Source of the DNA: Acidobacteriota bacterium
GTDB taxonomy: Bacteria; Acidobacteriota; UBA6911; RPQK01; JAJDTT01
Length of the DNA: 64,000 nucleotides
NCBI GenBank assembly: GCA_965209055.1
Contig: OZ242374.1
Span: forward strand, 736,001 to 800,000
Reading direction: 5' to 3'
Position numbers and translations under genes: made by a program. This document shows, one piece after another, positions 30,557-41,486 of this stretch. Below the pieces are notes generated by a model that worked only from the letters and a program-made list of their open reading frames with translations, was not told where the DNA came from and did not search any database. Numbering within the stretch: the stretch's first letter is position 1; each line of letters begins with the position of its first letter.

Positions 30557-32158
30557 ATGATTCAGGCGAAACCAGCAAGACGTTTCCTGGCCTTCGCGCT
30601 CTCCTTCCTGGTTTTCCCGCCGCATGCGATCTCCCAACAACAGGAAGAGAAGGTCGATCCCTTTGAAAAGTGGTTGAAGGAGGACGTCCTCTACATCATC
30701 GCGGAGGAGGAGAAGAGCACTTTCCAAAATCTGACGACCGCCGTGGAGAAGGAAAACTTCATCGAACAATTCTGGCGGCGGAGAGATCCGGACCGCTCGA
30801 CACGGGAGAACGAGTTCAAGGAAGAGCACTACCGGCGGATCGCCTTCGCCAACGATCATTTCCACTATGCCGGCGTCTCCGGATGGAGGACGGACCGGGG
30901 CCGGATCTACATCATTTTCGGAGAGCCCCAGAGCCGCGAGCGGTATACGTCAGGCGCCATGTATTTCCGGCCTTTGTCCGAGGGCGGAGGGCGGACTCGA
31001 ACCTTTCCCTATGAGAGATGGCATTACAACCAGATGCCGGGAATTGGCCAGGGAGTCGATCTGGAGTTCGTGGACCGGTCCCAGACCGGCGACTTCCAGT
31101 TGGCCCTGCGTCCCGAGGAGAAGGACGCCCTGATGAATGTGCCGGCGGGCGGGTGGACGTTCTACGAAATGATCGGTGCGGAAACCCGGCCCGGGCGGTT
31201 CATCACCAGGGATCTGATGCGAACTACGGGGTTCGAGGGGGAGGGACACCACCGGACCTCTTCGAGTCCTTTCCGGATGTTGGAAACTTTTTTCCAGGCC
31301 CAACGACCGCCCGAAATCAAGTTCGACGATCTCCGGACCGCGGTACAGACGCGGGTTACCTACGACGAACTTGCCATGCAGGTGACCGACTCCTACCAGG
31401 TGCTGAATCCGAATACCTTCCTGGTGCCGATCACCGTCGTGGTTCCCGGTTCGCAGTTGAGTTATGAGGACCTGGCTGACGGAACGCGCCGCGCCACCGT
31501 CGAATTGTACGGATCCATCACGGCAATGGGGGGCCGGATGGTCCATGAGTTCGAGGAATCGATCTACCGGGATCTTCGCAGCGAACAGGAACGGGTTGCC
31601 CGGGATGTCTATTTCCAGAAGAAGCTTCCCGTTTCTCCCGGGATCTACAAACTCAACGTCATTGTCCGCGACCAACAGAGCGGCCGTATGGGCGCGATCC
31701 AGCGTCGGCTGGGTCTTCCCATGAAGGTTCCCAGCAATCTGAATCTCTCCTCGGTGACCTTGGCCGACTACATCGTCCCGGCGCAGGGGGAAACGGTCAC
31801 CGCACCCTTCGTCACGCCGCTCGGCTGGAAAGTCTACCCTTCCATGGACGGGGAGTTTCAGCCGGGTGATCCGCTGGGGACCTATTTCGAGATCTACGGT
31901 TACGCCGTCGACGGCGCCAGCGAGGCTCCGGACCTGGATATCCTTGCCAGGATCTGGGATCGGAAAGGAAAGGCGATCCTGAACGCTCCCGGACAGAATC
32001 AGATCGTGCCCTATGCCGACCGGGTGCTGGTCGCTCAGGTGTTCGACCTCAAGTCGCTGGATCCGGGAGATTACCGGTTGGAGATCAAAGTCGAGGATCG
32101 GATCGCCGACGCGGACGTGGCCGGAGAAGCCCTCTTCCAGGTCAAAGTCCCGGACTAG
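30557..32158 (+). CDS. GWxTD domain-containing protein
   Basis: Signal peptide; WLKEDVLYII, EEHYRRIAFAND and GWRTDRGRIYI. Paralogue of 4330-5979. Confidence 0.9.
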   Translation: MIQAKPARRFLAFALSFLVFPPHAISQQQEEKVDPFEKWLKEDVLYIIAEEEKSTFQNLTTAVEKENFIEQFWRRRDPDRSTRENEFKEEHYRRIAFANDHFHYAGVSGWRTDRGRIYIIFGEPQSRERYTSGAMYFRPLSEGGGRTRTFPYERWHYNQMPGIGQGVDLEFVDRSQTGDFQLALRPEEKDALMNVPAGGWTFYEMIGAETRPGRFITRDLMRTTGFEGEGHHRTSSSPFRMLETFFQAQRPPEIKFDDLRTAVQTRVTYDELAMQVTDSYQVLNPNTFLVPITVVVPGSQLSYEDLADGTRRATVELYGSITAMGGRMVHEFEESIYRDLRSEQERVARDVYFQKKLPVSPGIYKLNVIVRDQQSGRMGAIQRRLGLPMKVPSNLNLSSVTLADYIVPAQGETVTAPFVTPLGWKVYPSMDGEFQPGDPLGTYFEIYGYAVDGASEAPDLDILARIWDRKGKAILNAPGQNQIVPYADRVLVAQVFDLKSLDPGDYRLEIKVEDRIADADVAGEALFQVKVPD

Positions 32159-32220
32159 TCATCGATTCACCCGGATATCCGCCGGTTGGGAGGCGCCGGT
32201 TCCTCTTTGGGGCGCCGGCA

Positions 32221-32529
32221 TCAATCCATGTGGAAGACTTCTTCCCAGGGTTCCGACTGCTGGGCCTGGATGCTGCCGTCGAAATAATCAGCCATGTACG
32301 CATTCCAGCGCTTGACGACGTCTTTCTCCGCTAGCTCCCGGGCGGCTGCCGCGTAGTCCTCGGTTTCGAGGTAGATGATCACAGTATTTCCTCGGACGAA
32401 ACAACTGTGATTCCTGATTCCCGCTCTGTTCCCCGCCTCGATCAACTCAGGCCAGACCTGCTGGTGGGCCTCCTTGTAGGCCTGAACCATGTCCGGCTTC
32501 AGTCTCATAATGTAAGCGATACGTTCCAT
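32221..32529 (-). CDS. L-rhamnose mutarotase family protein
   Basis: YKEAHQQVWPEL, GIRNHSCF, RWNAYM and EEVFHMD. Confidence 0.8.
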   Translation of the reverse strand: MERIAYIMRLKPDMVQAYKEAHQQVWPELIEAGNRAGIRNHSCFVRGNTVIIYLETEDYAAAARELAEKDVVKRWNAYMADYFDGSIQAQQSEPWEEVFHMD

Positions 32530-32746
32530 CGTCCCCATCCCAGTGTGTCGCAACGTTCGTGGACCGGCTCCCGCTCAGGACTCCGTCCAGTCAGTCTATC
32601 TCAACTTGCGCCTTGGCGATTCGGCCGGAAAAACACCGGAAGCAGACTGAAGAATAGCGCAAGTTCGTCATATACTTTCGGCGCCGTGAGAGTCTCCGGC
32701 TAACCAATTTGCGTCTTTCCGTCACGTCCGAAAGGAGATTCAAGTC

Positions 32747-34186
32747 ATGTCGTCAACACTTTACGCGGGTGTCGCCCGCAGGGTGATCAACCCCGAGATC
32801 GGCACGGCCATGGGAGGGCTGAGGCTGTTCTCGAGTCCGATTCAGGCCATCGAGAGCGACTTGACGGGAACCGTCCTGGTGCTGTCGAACCAGGCCACCA
32901 AGGTGGCCATCGCCGCCCTGGATCTTGCCGTGTTCTCTCCCTCGGAGGGCTTGGCGATGCGCGAGCGCATGGGAAACGCCATCGGTACTCCTGCGGCCAA
33001 CGTCATGCTCAATCTGAGCCACAACCACAGCTCCCCCTGCCTGCCCAATTGGGTTCCCGACACCGATGAGCAGATCCGGCTGAAGTCCCGATACCGGGAC
33101 GACTTGAGTGATTGGCTCGTCGAGGCGGTCCAGGAGGCCGATTCCCGTCTCCAACCGGCGCGGATCGGCGCCGGCTGGGGGGAGAGCGACATCGGCATCT
33201 ACCGGCGGGAGACCGGGACGGACGGCCGGGATGTGCTGGGCGAAGTGCCGGATCACCCCATCGACCCGGCCGTGGGTGTGGTCCGGGTCGACGATCTGGA
33301 CGGCAACCCCATCGCGGTCCTGTTCAGCTACGGCTGCCACCCGGTCACGGTGGGACCGCGTTCCATGGTGGCCTCGACCGACTTTCCCGGTCCGGCGCGA
33401 GAGGTGCTGGAGAAGTGCCTGGGTACGACGGCGATATTCCTGCAGGCGTGCGGCGGCAACATCAATCCCCGCCCCGGCATCGGCTACGAGGTCGATTGCC
33501 GGGACGTGAAGGGGCGAATCGGAATGGCGCTGGGGGGAGAAGCCCTGCGGGTCGCCAGCGGGATTCGAACCCACCTGGAGCCGGGAGACCGGATCCCTCT
33601 CGGCAACGTTCCCAACATCCTGTTCCGGCCCTGGCTGTCCGCGCAGGGGGACACCTGCACCTACCTGGGGGCCGTTGAAGAGACCATCGGGCTCGAATTC
33701 GGGAATCTCCCCTCCCCCGAGGAGGCCGGGCGGATCCGCGACCAGTGGAGCGCCGAGCTGGAGCGGCGGAAGGCCGGCAATGCCCGTCAGTGGGAGATTC
33801 GTGTCGCGGCCCGGTTTGCCGAGTGGTCCGAAAATCTGCTGGCGGCCGCCGAAGCGGACCATCCGACGCTGGACCTGGAAGCACAGGCCATCCGGGTCAA
33901 CGATATCGTCCTGGTGGGCATGAACATGGAGATCTTCTTCGAGACGGGACTGGCCATCAAGGCCCGGTCGCCTCTGAAGCACACCCTCCCGTTGGGTTAC
34001 ACCAACAGCTCCATCGGCTACCTGCCCCGCGAGGTGGACTATCCCGAGGGGGGCTGGCAACTGGGTGAGCTCTACCACGTGCCGGACCTGCTCTTCCAAT
34101 CCTATGGCGTGCCGGTCGCACCGCGGCCCGACGCCGAGGAGATCGTCGTCGATAGAGTGTCGGCGCTGATTCGGAAGCTGGCGTAG
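32747..34186 (+). CDS. Neutral/alkaline ceramidase-like hydrolase
   Basis: SHNHSSP, GCHPVT, STDFPG, FLQACGGNINP and GYTN..IGYLP. Confidence 0.75.
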   Translation: MSSTLYAGVARRVINPEIGTAMGGLRLFSSPIQAIESDLTGTVLVLSNQATKVAIAALDLAVFSPSEGLAMRERMGNAIGTPAANVMLNLSHNHSSPCLPNWVPDTDEQIRLKSRYRDDLSDWLVEAVQEADSRLQPARIGAGWGESDIGIYRRETGTDGRDVLGEVPDHPIDPAVGVVRVDDLDGNPIAVLFSYGCHPVTVGPRSMVASTDFPGPAREVLEKCLGTTAIFLQACGGNINPRPGIGYEVDCRDVKGRIGMALGGEALRVASGIRTHLEPGDRIPLGNVPNILFRPWLSAQGDTCTYLGAVEETIGLEFGNLPSPEEAGRIRDQWSAELERRKAGNARQWEIRVAARFAEWSENLLAAAEADHPTLDLEAQAIRVNDIVLVGMNMEIFFETGLAIKARSPLKHTLPLGYTNSSIGYLPREVDYPEGGWQLGELYHVPDLLFQSYGVPVAPRPDAEEIVVDRVSALIRKLA

Positions 34187-34191
34187 CCGCT

Positions 34192-35019
34192 CTACCCGGA
34201 AGAGCTCAGGTAGTCCATCCGTCCTCCGTCGACGGTCAGAATCTGCCCGGTCACGAAGCGGGCTTCGGAGGAGGCCAGGTAGGCCACGGCGGCGGCGATG
34301 TCGTCGGGTTCTCCGATCCGTCCCAGCACGCTGCGTCCGGCGAACTCTTGAATGACCCGATCCAACTCCCCAGGCGGGGTTTGCTGCACGAGCAGGTCGG
34401 TTCGGACCAGGCCGGGAGCCACGGAATTGACGTTGATGTTGTCCGGGCCCAGTTCCAGCGCGAAGCGTTTGGTCAGGTTCATGACGGCCGCCTTGGTCGC
34501 GCTGTAGAAGGTTCTGAGCGGGGAGATGTTGCCATAGCCGGCAATGGACGAGATGTTGACGATGGCGCCGGAACGCCGCTCTTGCATCTGCGGCAGGACC
34601 GCCCGCGTGCAGTTGATGATTCCCCGGACGTTGACGCCCCACATGGATTCCAGGTCCCGCTCCAGGTCGTCATCGGAGGCGTATGAGGTCAGGTCACCGT
34701 CGAGCACGATGGCGGCGTTGTTGACCAGGATGTCGATGCGGGAAAACCTCTCCAGAATCCGGTCGACCATGGCCCGGACTGCGGAGCCATCGGAGACGTC
34801 CGCTCGCACCGCCTCGGCCTTCGATCCCAGCCGGTTCACATGCTCGACGGTCTCGGCGGCGGCCGGCTCGTTGCTCACGAAGTTGATCCCGACCCGGGCT
34901 CCTTCCCGGGCCAGGCGCAGGGACACCGCCCGGCCGATCCCCCGGGACCCGCCGGTCACGAGGGCCACCTTGCCCCGAAATCTTCGACCTGGATTTCCTC
35001 TGTCGTTCTGCGCCGCCAT
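34192..35019 (-). CDS. SDR family oxidoreductase (FabG-like)
   Basis: TGGSRGIG, DILVNNA, YSATK and VNSVAPG. Start trimmed to MAAQNDRG. Confidence 0.88.
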   Translation of the reverse strand: MAAQNDRGNPGRRFRGKVALVTGGSRGIGRAVSLRLAREGARVGINFVSNEPAAAETVEHVNRLGSKAEAVRADVSDGSAVRAMVDRILERFSRIDILVNNAAIVLDGDLTSYASDDDLERDLESMWGVNVRGIINCTRAVLPQMQERRSGAIVNISSIAGYGNISPLRTFYSATKAAVMNLTKRFALELGPDNINVNSVAPGLVRTDLLVQQTPPGELDRVIQEFAGRSVLGRIGEPDDIAAAVAYLASSEARFVTGQILTVDGGRMDYLSSSG

Positions 35020-35134
35020 CGGGCCTCTCGCGGGTAGCCTATCAGTCCCGTTTGCCGCCATCAAAACCATGACCTGAATCCAGTAGGAAGACTGTGCGCT
35101 GAGCAGAATTCGTTGCGATGGGCTAGAATGTTTC

Positions 35135-37546
35135 GTGTCCGATGAGCTCTCCGCCCCGGAGAGAACGGCCACATTCCAGCGCCGGAGATCCGGATCGCGA
35201 GAGAGCCTCAAGTTCAAGGGAGACAGTCCTTTGCCCTCTGTCAGACAGCGACTCGGAGTCTTGGCCTTCCTGACGGTGCTCGTCGCCGGGAATGCCCACG
35301 GCAATGACAAGGGCGTTCGCCTTCCCCACCTGGAAGCCATGCGTCCCATCGGGGGGCAGGCCGGCGCCCAGGTCGAGGTCGTACTTCTGGGAGACATGCT
35401 CTCCAACGCCGAGTCGGTGGAGTTCGATTGCGAAGACCTCGACTTCACCTTGGCGAAGGCGACGGCGGAACGAATCGAGGGAACGATCCGAATCTCCAGG
35501 GATGCCCCCCTGGGACAGCACATCTTGAGGGCCAAGACCAAGGACGGCTACACTACCGCCCTCTGGTTCACGGTGGGGCAATTCGATCCGGTTCCTGAAC
35601 AGGAGCCCAACGAGACTCTCGCCGGCGCTCAGGCCATTTCTCCACCCTGTGAGATCTACGGGACCATGGAGAAGAAGGAGCGCGATTTCTATTCTCTCCA
35701 GGCGAAGAAGGGAGACCGTTGGATCTTCGAAGTTCGGAGCATCCAGTACGGTTCCATGTTCGAGAGCTATCTCAACCTGCGAGACGAAACCGGGAGAGAA
35801 CTGGTCTTCAACGACGATCGCTCCGACTTCGATGTGAACTCGCTGATCGACCACACGTTCGAGAAGGACGGCACCTATTTCATCGAGGTCGATTCTTTCC
35901 GGGGCGTACGGGGGTGGGGTTTCACGAAGAACAACGGATACGTCCTGCGAGTCTCCCGAATCCCCCTGGTCGACCACGTCTCGCCTCTGGGAGGCCGCGC
36001 GGGCAGCCGGGTCACGGTCCGGCTCTCGGGTCAGGGCTTGCAGCAGGTGGAAGAGGTCTTCTTGTCACCGACCCGCCGGGGGGAACATGTCACCCTGACG
36101 ATTCCCTGGACCATGGACGTCCGATTCGCCGACGATTATTCCACTTCGTCGGAGATTCCCAGGGTGGAGGGGAAGATCCTGCGTCGAGCAGCCGAAGCCA
36201 TGGAAGTCGAGTTCCAACTGCCGGAAGAACCCCTGGGCGTCTGGTCCCTCTTTGTGGAGGACGAGAGCGGGATCGCGGATCCCAGGTATTTCGAGATCAC
36301 CCCGTCAGATGAGGTCGCGGAAATCGAGTCCAATGACCGGCGCGACGAACCGCAGGAATTGCCTTTTTCCGCCGGCAAGAACCTGGTGGTCAACGGCAGG
36401 CTGGAGCGGCGCGAGGTGACGGAGCTGAGTCAGGACAAGGATTTCTATGCCCTCGACGCCAAGAAGGGCATGCCGCTACGGATTCACACCAACGCCTACC
36501 AGCTCCTCTCGCCGAGTATCGACACCGTCGTCAGCCTGTTCGATACGGACGGAAAACTGTTGGCGGAGAGTGACGATCTGACGCACGGCCGCGGGTTCTA
36601 CACCGGAAGTGTCGACAGCAACCTGTATTACATCCCCGAACGGGACGAGAGGGTCGTCATCTCCGTATCGGACCGGGTCGGCCGGGGCGGTCCCGGGTAT
36701 GACTACCGTCTCCATGTGAAGTCGGAGGAGCCGGGTTTTCTCCTCGTCGTCTCTCCGCAGTTCGGGCTCCAATCGATCTCCCTGTCCAACTTCACCGTGG
36801 AGCAGGGGGGAGAGAGCAACATGGTGGTGGGCATGATCCGGATGCCCCCCAAGATTCATACCGACGATCCTATTCCCGCCGCCCTGGCCCCGCCTCCGGG
36901 GGCCGCAATGGAAGGGGAGGTTCGGGTCTGGGTCGAGGGGCTTCCGCCGGGAGTGACCGCCGAGGAGCATCGGTTTCGCGCCGATGAGGTCGTCGAGCCG
37001 GGGGGAGATGGAGCCACCTTCATGGTGCCGGAACGGCTGCTCACGATTCGCGCCGATGCCCAGGTGCCGCCTGGGACTTACCCCTTTCGCGTGTTGGGCG
37101 AAGTCGTTGGAAATGAAGGAATCACCGCAGTCGGCAGAGCCATGGACTCGATGGGCGGCATCACCGAGCTGTATAATTTTCCGTGCCGGCCCGTCGCCGA
37201 AACGGCTCTCACCGTCATCGAGCCGGGTGCCGTGACCGTTGAACTCGATGCGAAAGGGGACAAAGTTGTGGTGATGCAGGGAGAGACCTCCCTGGTCGGG
37301 ATCAAGAACCGGATCCCCGTGGCGACGGAATTGAAACCGGACGTCTGGCTGACGAATGCCCCTGAAGGTGTTTCGGCCCACCTGGAATCGGATCCGGAGG
37401 GGAACCTGCGTGTGGGCATCCGGGCGGCCGAGGAGACGGGGGTCGAGTCCACCGAGAATGTCTACGTCGAGTTCGACGTCGGCAGGCGAATCGTCTCGAG
37501 CCACCGCTTTACCGTCCAGGTCGTTGCGAGGGAGCATACGCCGTGA
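35135..37546 (+). CDS. PPC (pre-peptidase C-terminal) domain-containing exported protein
   Basis: Repeated PxGGxAG, E.EPN/E.ESND and D.DFY blocks typical of Planctomycete-type PPC proteins. Confidence 0.75.
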   Translation: MSDELSAPERTATFQRRRSGSRESLKFKGDSPLPSVRQRLGVLAFLTVLVAGNAHGNDKGVRLPHLEAMRPIGGQAGAQVEVVLLGDMLSNAESVEFDCEDLDFTLAKATAERIEGTIRISRDAPLGQHILRAKTKDGYTTALWFTVGQFDPVPEQEPNETLAGAQAISPPCEIYGTMEKKERDFYSLQAKKGDRWIFEVRSIQYGSMFESYLNLRDETGRELVFNDDRSDFDVNSLIDHTFEKDGTYFIEVDSFRGVRGWGFTKNNGYVLRVSRIPLVDHVSPLGGRAGSRVTVRLSGQGLQQVEEVFLSPTRRGEHVTLTIPWTMDVRFADDYSTSSEIPRVEGKILRRAAEAMEVEFQLPEEPLGVWSLFVEDESGIADPRYFEITPSDEVAEIESNDRRDEPQELPFSAGKNLVVNGRLERREVTELSQDKDFYALDAKKGMPLRIHTNAYQLLSPSIDTVVSLFDTDGKLLAESDDLTHGRGFYTGSVDSNLYYIPERDERVVISVSDRVGRGGPGYDYRLHVKSEEPGFLLVVSPQFGLQSISLSNFTVEQGGESNMVVGMIRMPPKIHTDDPIPAALAPPPGAAMEGEVRVWVEGLPPGVTAEEHRFRADEVVEPGGDGATFMVPERLLTIRADAQVPPGTYPFRVLGEVVGNEGITAVGRAMDSMGGITELYNFPCRPVAETALTVIEPGAVTVELDAKGDKVVVMQGETSLVGIKNRIPVATELKPDVWLTNAPEGVSAHLESDPEGNLRVGIRAAEETGVESTENVYVEFDVGRRIVSSHRFTVQVVAREHTP

Positions 37547-40182
37547 CCCTCAAACGCCGTAACGCCACGATGAAAACGGTCTACAGATCCGCCGCGACCC
37601 CCAAGTGCGCACGAATCCTACCGGGGGTTCTGGGGATCGCTGCAAGAGTTCTGACCAATTTTTGTCTGATCGGTTTTCTCGGTCTGGCGGTAGCTACGCC
37701 GAGCGCTGCGTCGGAGAATCGGGGAGAAACGGCGAAGCCGGACGTCTCTCAAGTCACCGAGCCGTCTGCGAGCGTTTTGTCCGCCCCGACAGCCGATCTG
37801 AAGCGTATCGACCTGGAGCCGAAGGACCTCGTTCTGTCTCATCCCGGCGCGACCCAACGACTTGTGGTCACGGGTTACTACGCCGACGGGACGGCCCACG
37901 ACGTGAGCCTCCTTTCCCGCTACGTCTCCTCCGCTCCTCAGGTCCTCTCGATCAGTTCCGATGGCGTCGTCCGGGCTCTGGCGCCGGGACGCGCCGAGGT
38001 GGAAGCGCAACTGGGAGAGGCCCGCTCCGGCCTCCAGGCTCGGGTCTCCGACCAGGCCGCGGAGGTGAGCATCAACTTCAGTCAGGACCTCCTGTCCATC
38101 TTTACTCAGAGGTCCTGCAACACTCCCACGTGCCACGGTGCCATCGGCGGACAGGCCGGCTTCAAACTCTCGCTGTTCGGCTATGATCCACAGGCCGACT
38201 ACCGGATGATCGTCGAAGCGGACCAAGGGCGCCGGGTCGATCTGGAAGACCCGGAAAAGAGCCTGCTTCTGATGAAGCCCACCTTCAGCGTGCCCCACGG
38301 TGGCGGCAAGCGGCTGACCCTGGAATCGGCCGAATACGAGACCATCGCCGGCTGGCTGAACCAGGGAGCCCGTTACAACTCGGACGGACCTCGGGTGACC
38401 GGCATCGCCATCTATCCCCGGGAACGGATACTCCTCGGCCTGGGGACCACCCAGCGCTGGGTGGTCTTGGGGACCCTGTCCGACGGAACCACGCGGGACA
38501 TGACCGGGGAGGTCAAGTACCAGGTGGGAAACGACAACGTCGTCCAGGTGACGCCGGAGGGTGATTCCAAGGCGGTCGGGCGGGGCCAGACTCACATGAT
38601 GGTCCGGGCCATGGGCCGGGTCGCGGTGGCCCGGGTCGGCGTCGTGGATGAGCCTCCAATGGCCGACTATCCTTCCCTGCCGACTCGCAACTTCGTCGAC
38701 GAGGCCATGCTCCGGCAGTGGAAAGAGCTGAATCTGGTCCCGTCGGAGATCTGCAGCGACGAGGAGTTTCTGAGACGAGTCTATCTGGATGTGATCGGGT
38801 TGCTGCCGACGGTGGAGGAGAGTGAGCGCTTCCTGGCGGATACCCGGACCGGCAAGAGGGCGGCCCTGATCGACGAACTGCTGGAGCGGGACGAGTACGC
38901 CATCTACTGGACGACCAAGCTCGGAGACAGTTTCCGCGTCCACCAGACAAACATTCCCAGTCGCGCGCAGGGCCTGCTGAAGAGATTCATCCGGACCTTT
39001 CTCCGCGAAGACCGCCCCTACGATGAGTTCGTTCGAGAGATATTGACCAGCACCGGAGACCAGGCCAGGAATCCTGCGGCCATGTTCTGGGCCCCCATGT
39101 CCAATACGGTTCTGGACGTCACCAATGTCAATCAGGTGACGACCACGGTCAGCCGCCTCTTCCTGGGGATCCGGATGGAGTGCGTGGAATGCCATAACCA
39201 TCCCCTGGAGAATCTGACCCAGGACGACTTCTTCGACTTGAGTGCGTTTTTCGGACAGTTGCGTCAGAAACGGGGATACGAGACCTACCGCCGAGTCTGG
39301 TGGCTGGACCCGAAGTCCCATTTTGTGCACCCGCGGACCAAGAAACCGGTGCGGCCCAGAGTTCCTTTCGAACCGGATTTTCCCGTGAGAGCCCACGGGG
39401 ACTACCGCAAGGACCTGGCGGCGTGGATCACCTCACCCGAGAATCCCTATTTCGCCCGGTCCATCGTCAACCGTATCTGGAGGGAGTATTTCAACCTGGG
39501 AATCGTGGAGCCCTACGACGATTTCCGAACCACCAACCCTCCCTCCAACGAGGTTCTGCTGGACGGATTGGCCCGGCATCTGATCGACAACGGATTTCGT
39601 TTGAAGGCGGTGCACCGGGCGATCCTCAATTCCGCGACTTACCAGCGGACATCCTCTCCCAACCCCCGGAACAAGCTGGACGATCCTCGCTTGTTCACCC
39701 GTTACAACATTCGAATTCTTCCCGCCGAGGCCATGCTCGACGCCTTGTCGCAAGTCACCGGAGTCGAACACTCTTTCAATGTCAGTCCCGAGGGGACCCG
39801 GGCCCAGGAGGTCATCTACCCCGACTACGCCGGTTATTTCCTGAGCATTTTCGGTTACCCGGAGCGCTTGAGCCTGGAGGAGCGGCCCAAGAAACCCACA
39901 CTGAGCCAGGCTCTCCACATGAGGTTCGGCGACACGGTCATGGACAAGGTCCAATCGGATGAGAATGTGGTGGCCAGGCTGCTCGAATCGGGCAAGTCCG
40001 ATCGCGAGATCTACGATCATGTCTTCATGAGCGCCTACAGCCGCAAGGCGACCGATCGCGAATGGAACCTCGCCTCCAACTACGTCGCCAGCATGGGTTC
40101 CCAGGGGGTGGAACGGAAGCAGATTCTTGATGACCTGCTTTGGACAGTGATAAACTCCCAGGAATTCCTGGTCAATCATTAG
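37543..40182 (+). CDS. DUF1549/DUF1553 protein with Ig-like (Big_2) domains
   Basis: CNTPTCHG..GFKLSLFGYD, EFLRRVYLDVIG, MECVECHNHP, NPYFARSIVNRIW; ends INSQEFLVNH. Confidence 0.85.
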   Translation: MTLKRRNATMKTVYRSAATPKCARILPGVLGIAARVLTNFCLIGFLGLAVATPSAASENRGETAKPDVSQVTEPSASVLSAPTADLKRIDLEPKDLVLSHPGATQRLVVTGYYADGTAHDVSLLSRYVSSAPQVLSISSDGVVRALAPGRAEVEAQLGEARSGLQARVSDQAAEVSINFSQDLLSIFTQRSCNTPTCHGAIGGQAGFKLSLFGYDPQADYRMIVEADQGRRVDLEDPEKSLLLMKPTFSVPHGGGKRLTLESAEYETIAGWLNQGARYNSDGPRVTGIAIYPRERILLGLGTTQRWVVLGTLSDGTTRDMTGEVKYQVGNDNVVQVTPEGDSKAVGRGQTHMMVRAMGRVAVARVGVVDEPPMADYPSLPTRNFVDEAMLRQWKELNLVPSEICSDEEFLRRVYLDVIGLLPTVEESERFLADTRTGKRAALIDELLERDEYAIYWTTKLGDSFRVHQTNIPSRAQGLLKRFIRTFLREDRPYDEFVREILTSTGDQARNPAAMFWAPMSNTVLDVTNVNQVTTTVSRLFLGIRMECVECHNHPLENLTQDDFFDLSAFFGQLRQKRGYETYRRVWWLDPKSHFVHPRTKKPVRPRVPFEPDFPVRAHGDYRKDLAAWITSPENPYFARSIVNRIWREYFNLGIVEPYDDFRTTNPPSNEVLLDGLARHLIDNGFRLKAVHRAILNSATYQRTSSPNPRNKLDDPRLFTRYNIRILPAEAMLDALSQVTGVEHSFNVSPEGTRAQEVIYPDYAGYFLSIFGYPERLSLEERPKKPTLSQALHMRFGDTVMDKVQSDENVVARLLESGKSDREIYDHVFMSAYSRKATDREWNLASNYVASMGSQGVERKQILDDLLWTVINSQEFLVNH

Positions 40183-40196
40183 GGATACCGCACACC

Positions 40197-41486
40197 ATGA
40201 GAATTTATCCTGCGGAGTTGTCCTGCAGCCCGTCGCGGAGGGACTTCATCCGCATCGGAATGGCGAGTCTGGGAGGCTTGAGTCTCGCCAGCCTGTTGCG
40301 GCAGCAGAGCGTTTTGGGATCGAAGAAGAGAGATCTCAACTGCATCGTGCTGTTCCAGGCAGGGGGCAACAGCCAGGTCGACACCTGGGATCCCAAGCCG
40401 GACGCCGAGGCGGAGATTCGAGGCTACTTCAAGACGATACCGACCGTGATTCCGGGGATTCAATTCTCCGAGCTGTTGCCCGAGTCGGCGAAGCGGCTCG
40501 ACAAATACGCGGTGATCCGGTCCATGTACTCGGACGATGCGGTCCACGAGAGCGCCCAGCAATACGTGATCAGCGGCACCAAGCGTAGAAACGACCTGGT
40601 TCATCCCGCTCTGGGTTCGGTCCTGGCCCATGAGTGGGGCTCTTCCGCAGGCCTTCCACCCTACGTCGCCATTCCCAGGAACAGCCGTTCCGGTGGAGCC
40701 GGTTTTCTGGGTTCGGTCTACGATCCCTTCCAGTCCGGAGATCCCAACCAGAAGACCTACTCGGTCAAGGACCTGACTCTGCCGCTGGGTATGAAGCTGG
40801 ATCAGGCCCGGGCCCGATCGGAACTCCTGAACGCCTTGGACAATCGTTTCCGCAAGGTGGAGAGATCCGGTCTGTTGGATCGGATGGATCAGTTCTCGCA
40901 GAAGGCCCACGACCTGGTGAGCTCGCCGGCCGCCAAGAAGGCCTTCAACATCTCCGAGGAGAGCGAAAAACTGAGGGACGCCTACGGGCACACCACGGTG
41001 GGGCAGGGAGCGCTGTTGGCTCGCCGGCTCATCGAATCGGGCGTTCGCGTGGCGACGGTCTTCCAGGGCGGCTACGACACGCACTTCGACAACAAACCCG
41101 GGATGGAGAAGGTCAACATCCCGTTCGATCAGGCCTTCGGCGCGCTCTTGGACGACCTCGAGAATCGAGGCCTGTTGGAGACGACGCTGGTCCTGGTCCT
41201 CTCCGAGTTCGGACGGACACCCCGCATCAACAACCAGGCGGGACGGGATCATTGGCCACGATCCTTTTCCGTGGCTCTGGCTGGAGCCGGAATCAGCGGA
41301 GGAGTGGTCGTGGGCAGCACCACGCCGACCGGTTCCGATCCCCACGACCGGCCGGTGTCGGTGGAAGACCTGGCGGTTACCGTCTACCGCATTCTGGGAA
41401 TCGACCCGGAACATGAATTCCATGCCGGCGGGCGCCCCGTCAAGATCGCCACAAACGGCACGTTCGTCCACGAGTTGTTCTCGTAG
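40197..41486 (+). CDS. DUF1501 domain-containing protein
   Basis: Tat-like SRRDFI, GGNSQVDTWDPKP, LLARRLIESGV, YDTH and EFGRTP..GRDHW. Confidence 0.9.
   Translation: MRIYPAELSCSPSRRDFIRIGMASLGGLSLASLLRQQSVLGSKKRDLNCIVLFQAGGNSQVDTWDPKPDAEAEIRGYFKTIPTVIPGIQFSELLPESAKRLDKYAVIRSMYSDDAVHESAQQYVISGTKRRNDLVHPALGSVLAHEWGSSAGLPPYVAIPRNSRSGGAGFLGSVYDPFQSGDPNQKTYSVKDLTLPLGMKLDQARARSELLNALDNRFRKVERSGLLDRMDQFSQKAHDLVSSPAAKKAFNISEESEKLRDAYGHTTVGQGALLARRLIESGVRVATVFQGGYDTHFDNKPGMEKVNIPFDQAFGALLDDLENRGLLETTLVLVLSEFGRTPRINNQAGRDHWPRSFSVALAGAGISGGVVVGSTTPTGSDPHDRPVSVEDLAVTVYRILGIDPEHEFHAGGRPVKIATNGTFVHELFS

Noticed and set aside
32753-34642. Long antisense or alternative-frame ORFs (also 15457-16503, 17298-18791, 20293-21726, 28789-30339, 37618-39396, 48075-49694, 60691-62265)
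   Set aside because: These are shadow ORFs expected opposite real genes in high-GC DNA, and they show no family motifs.
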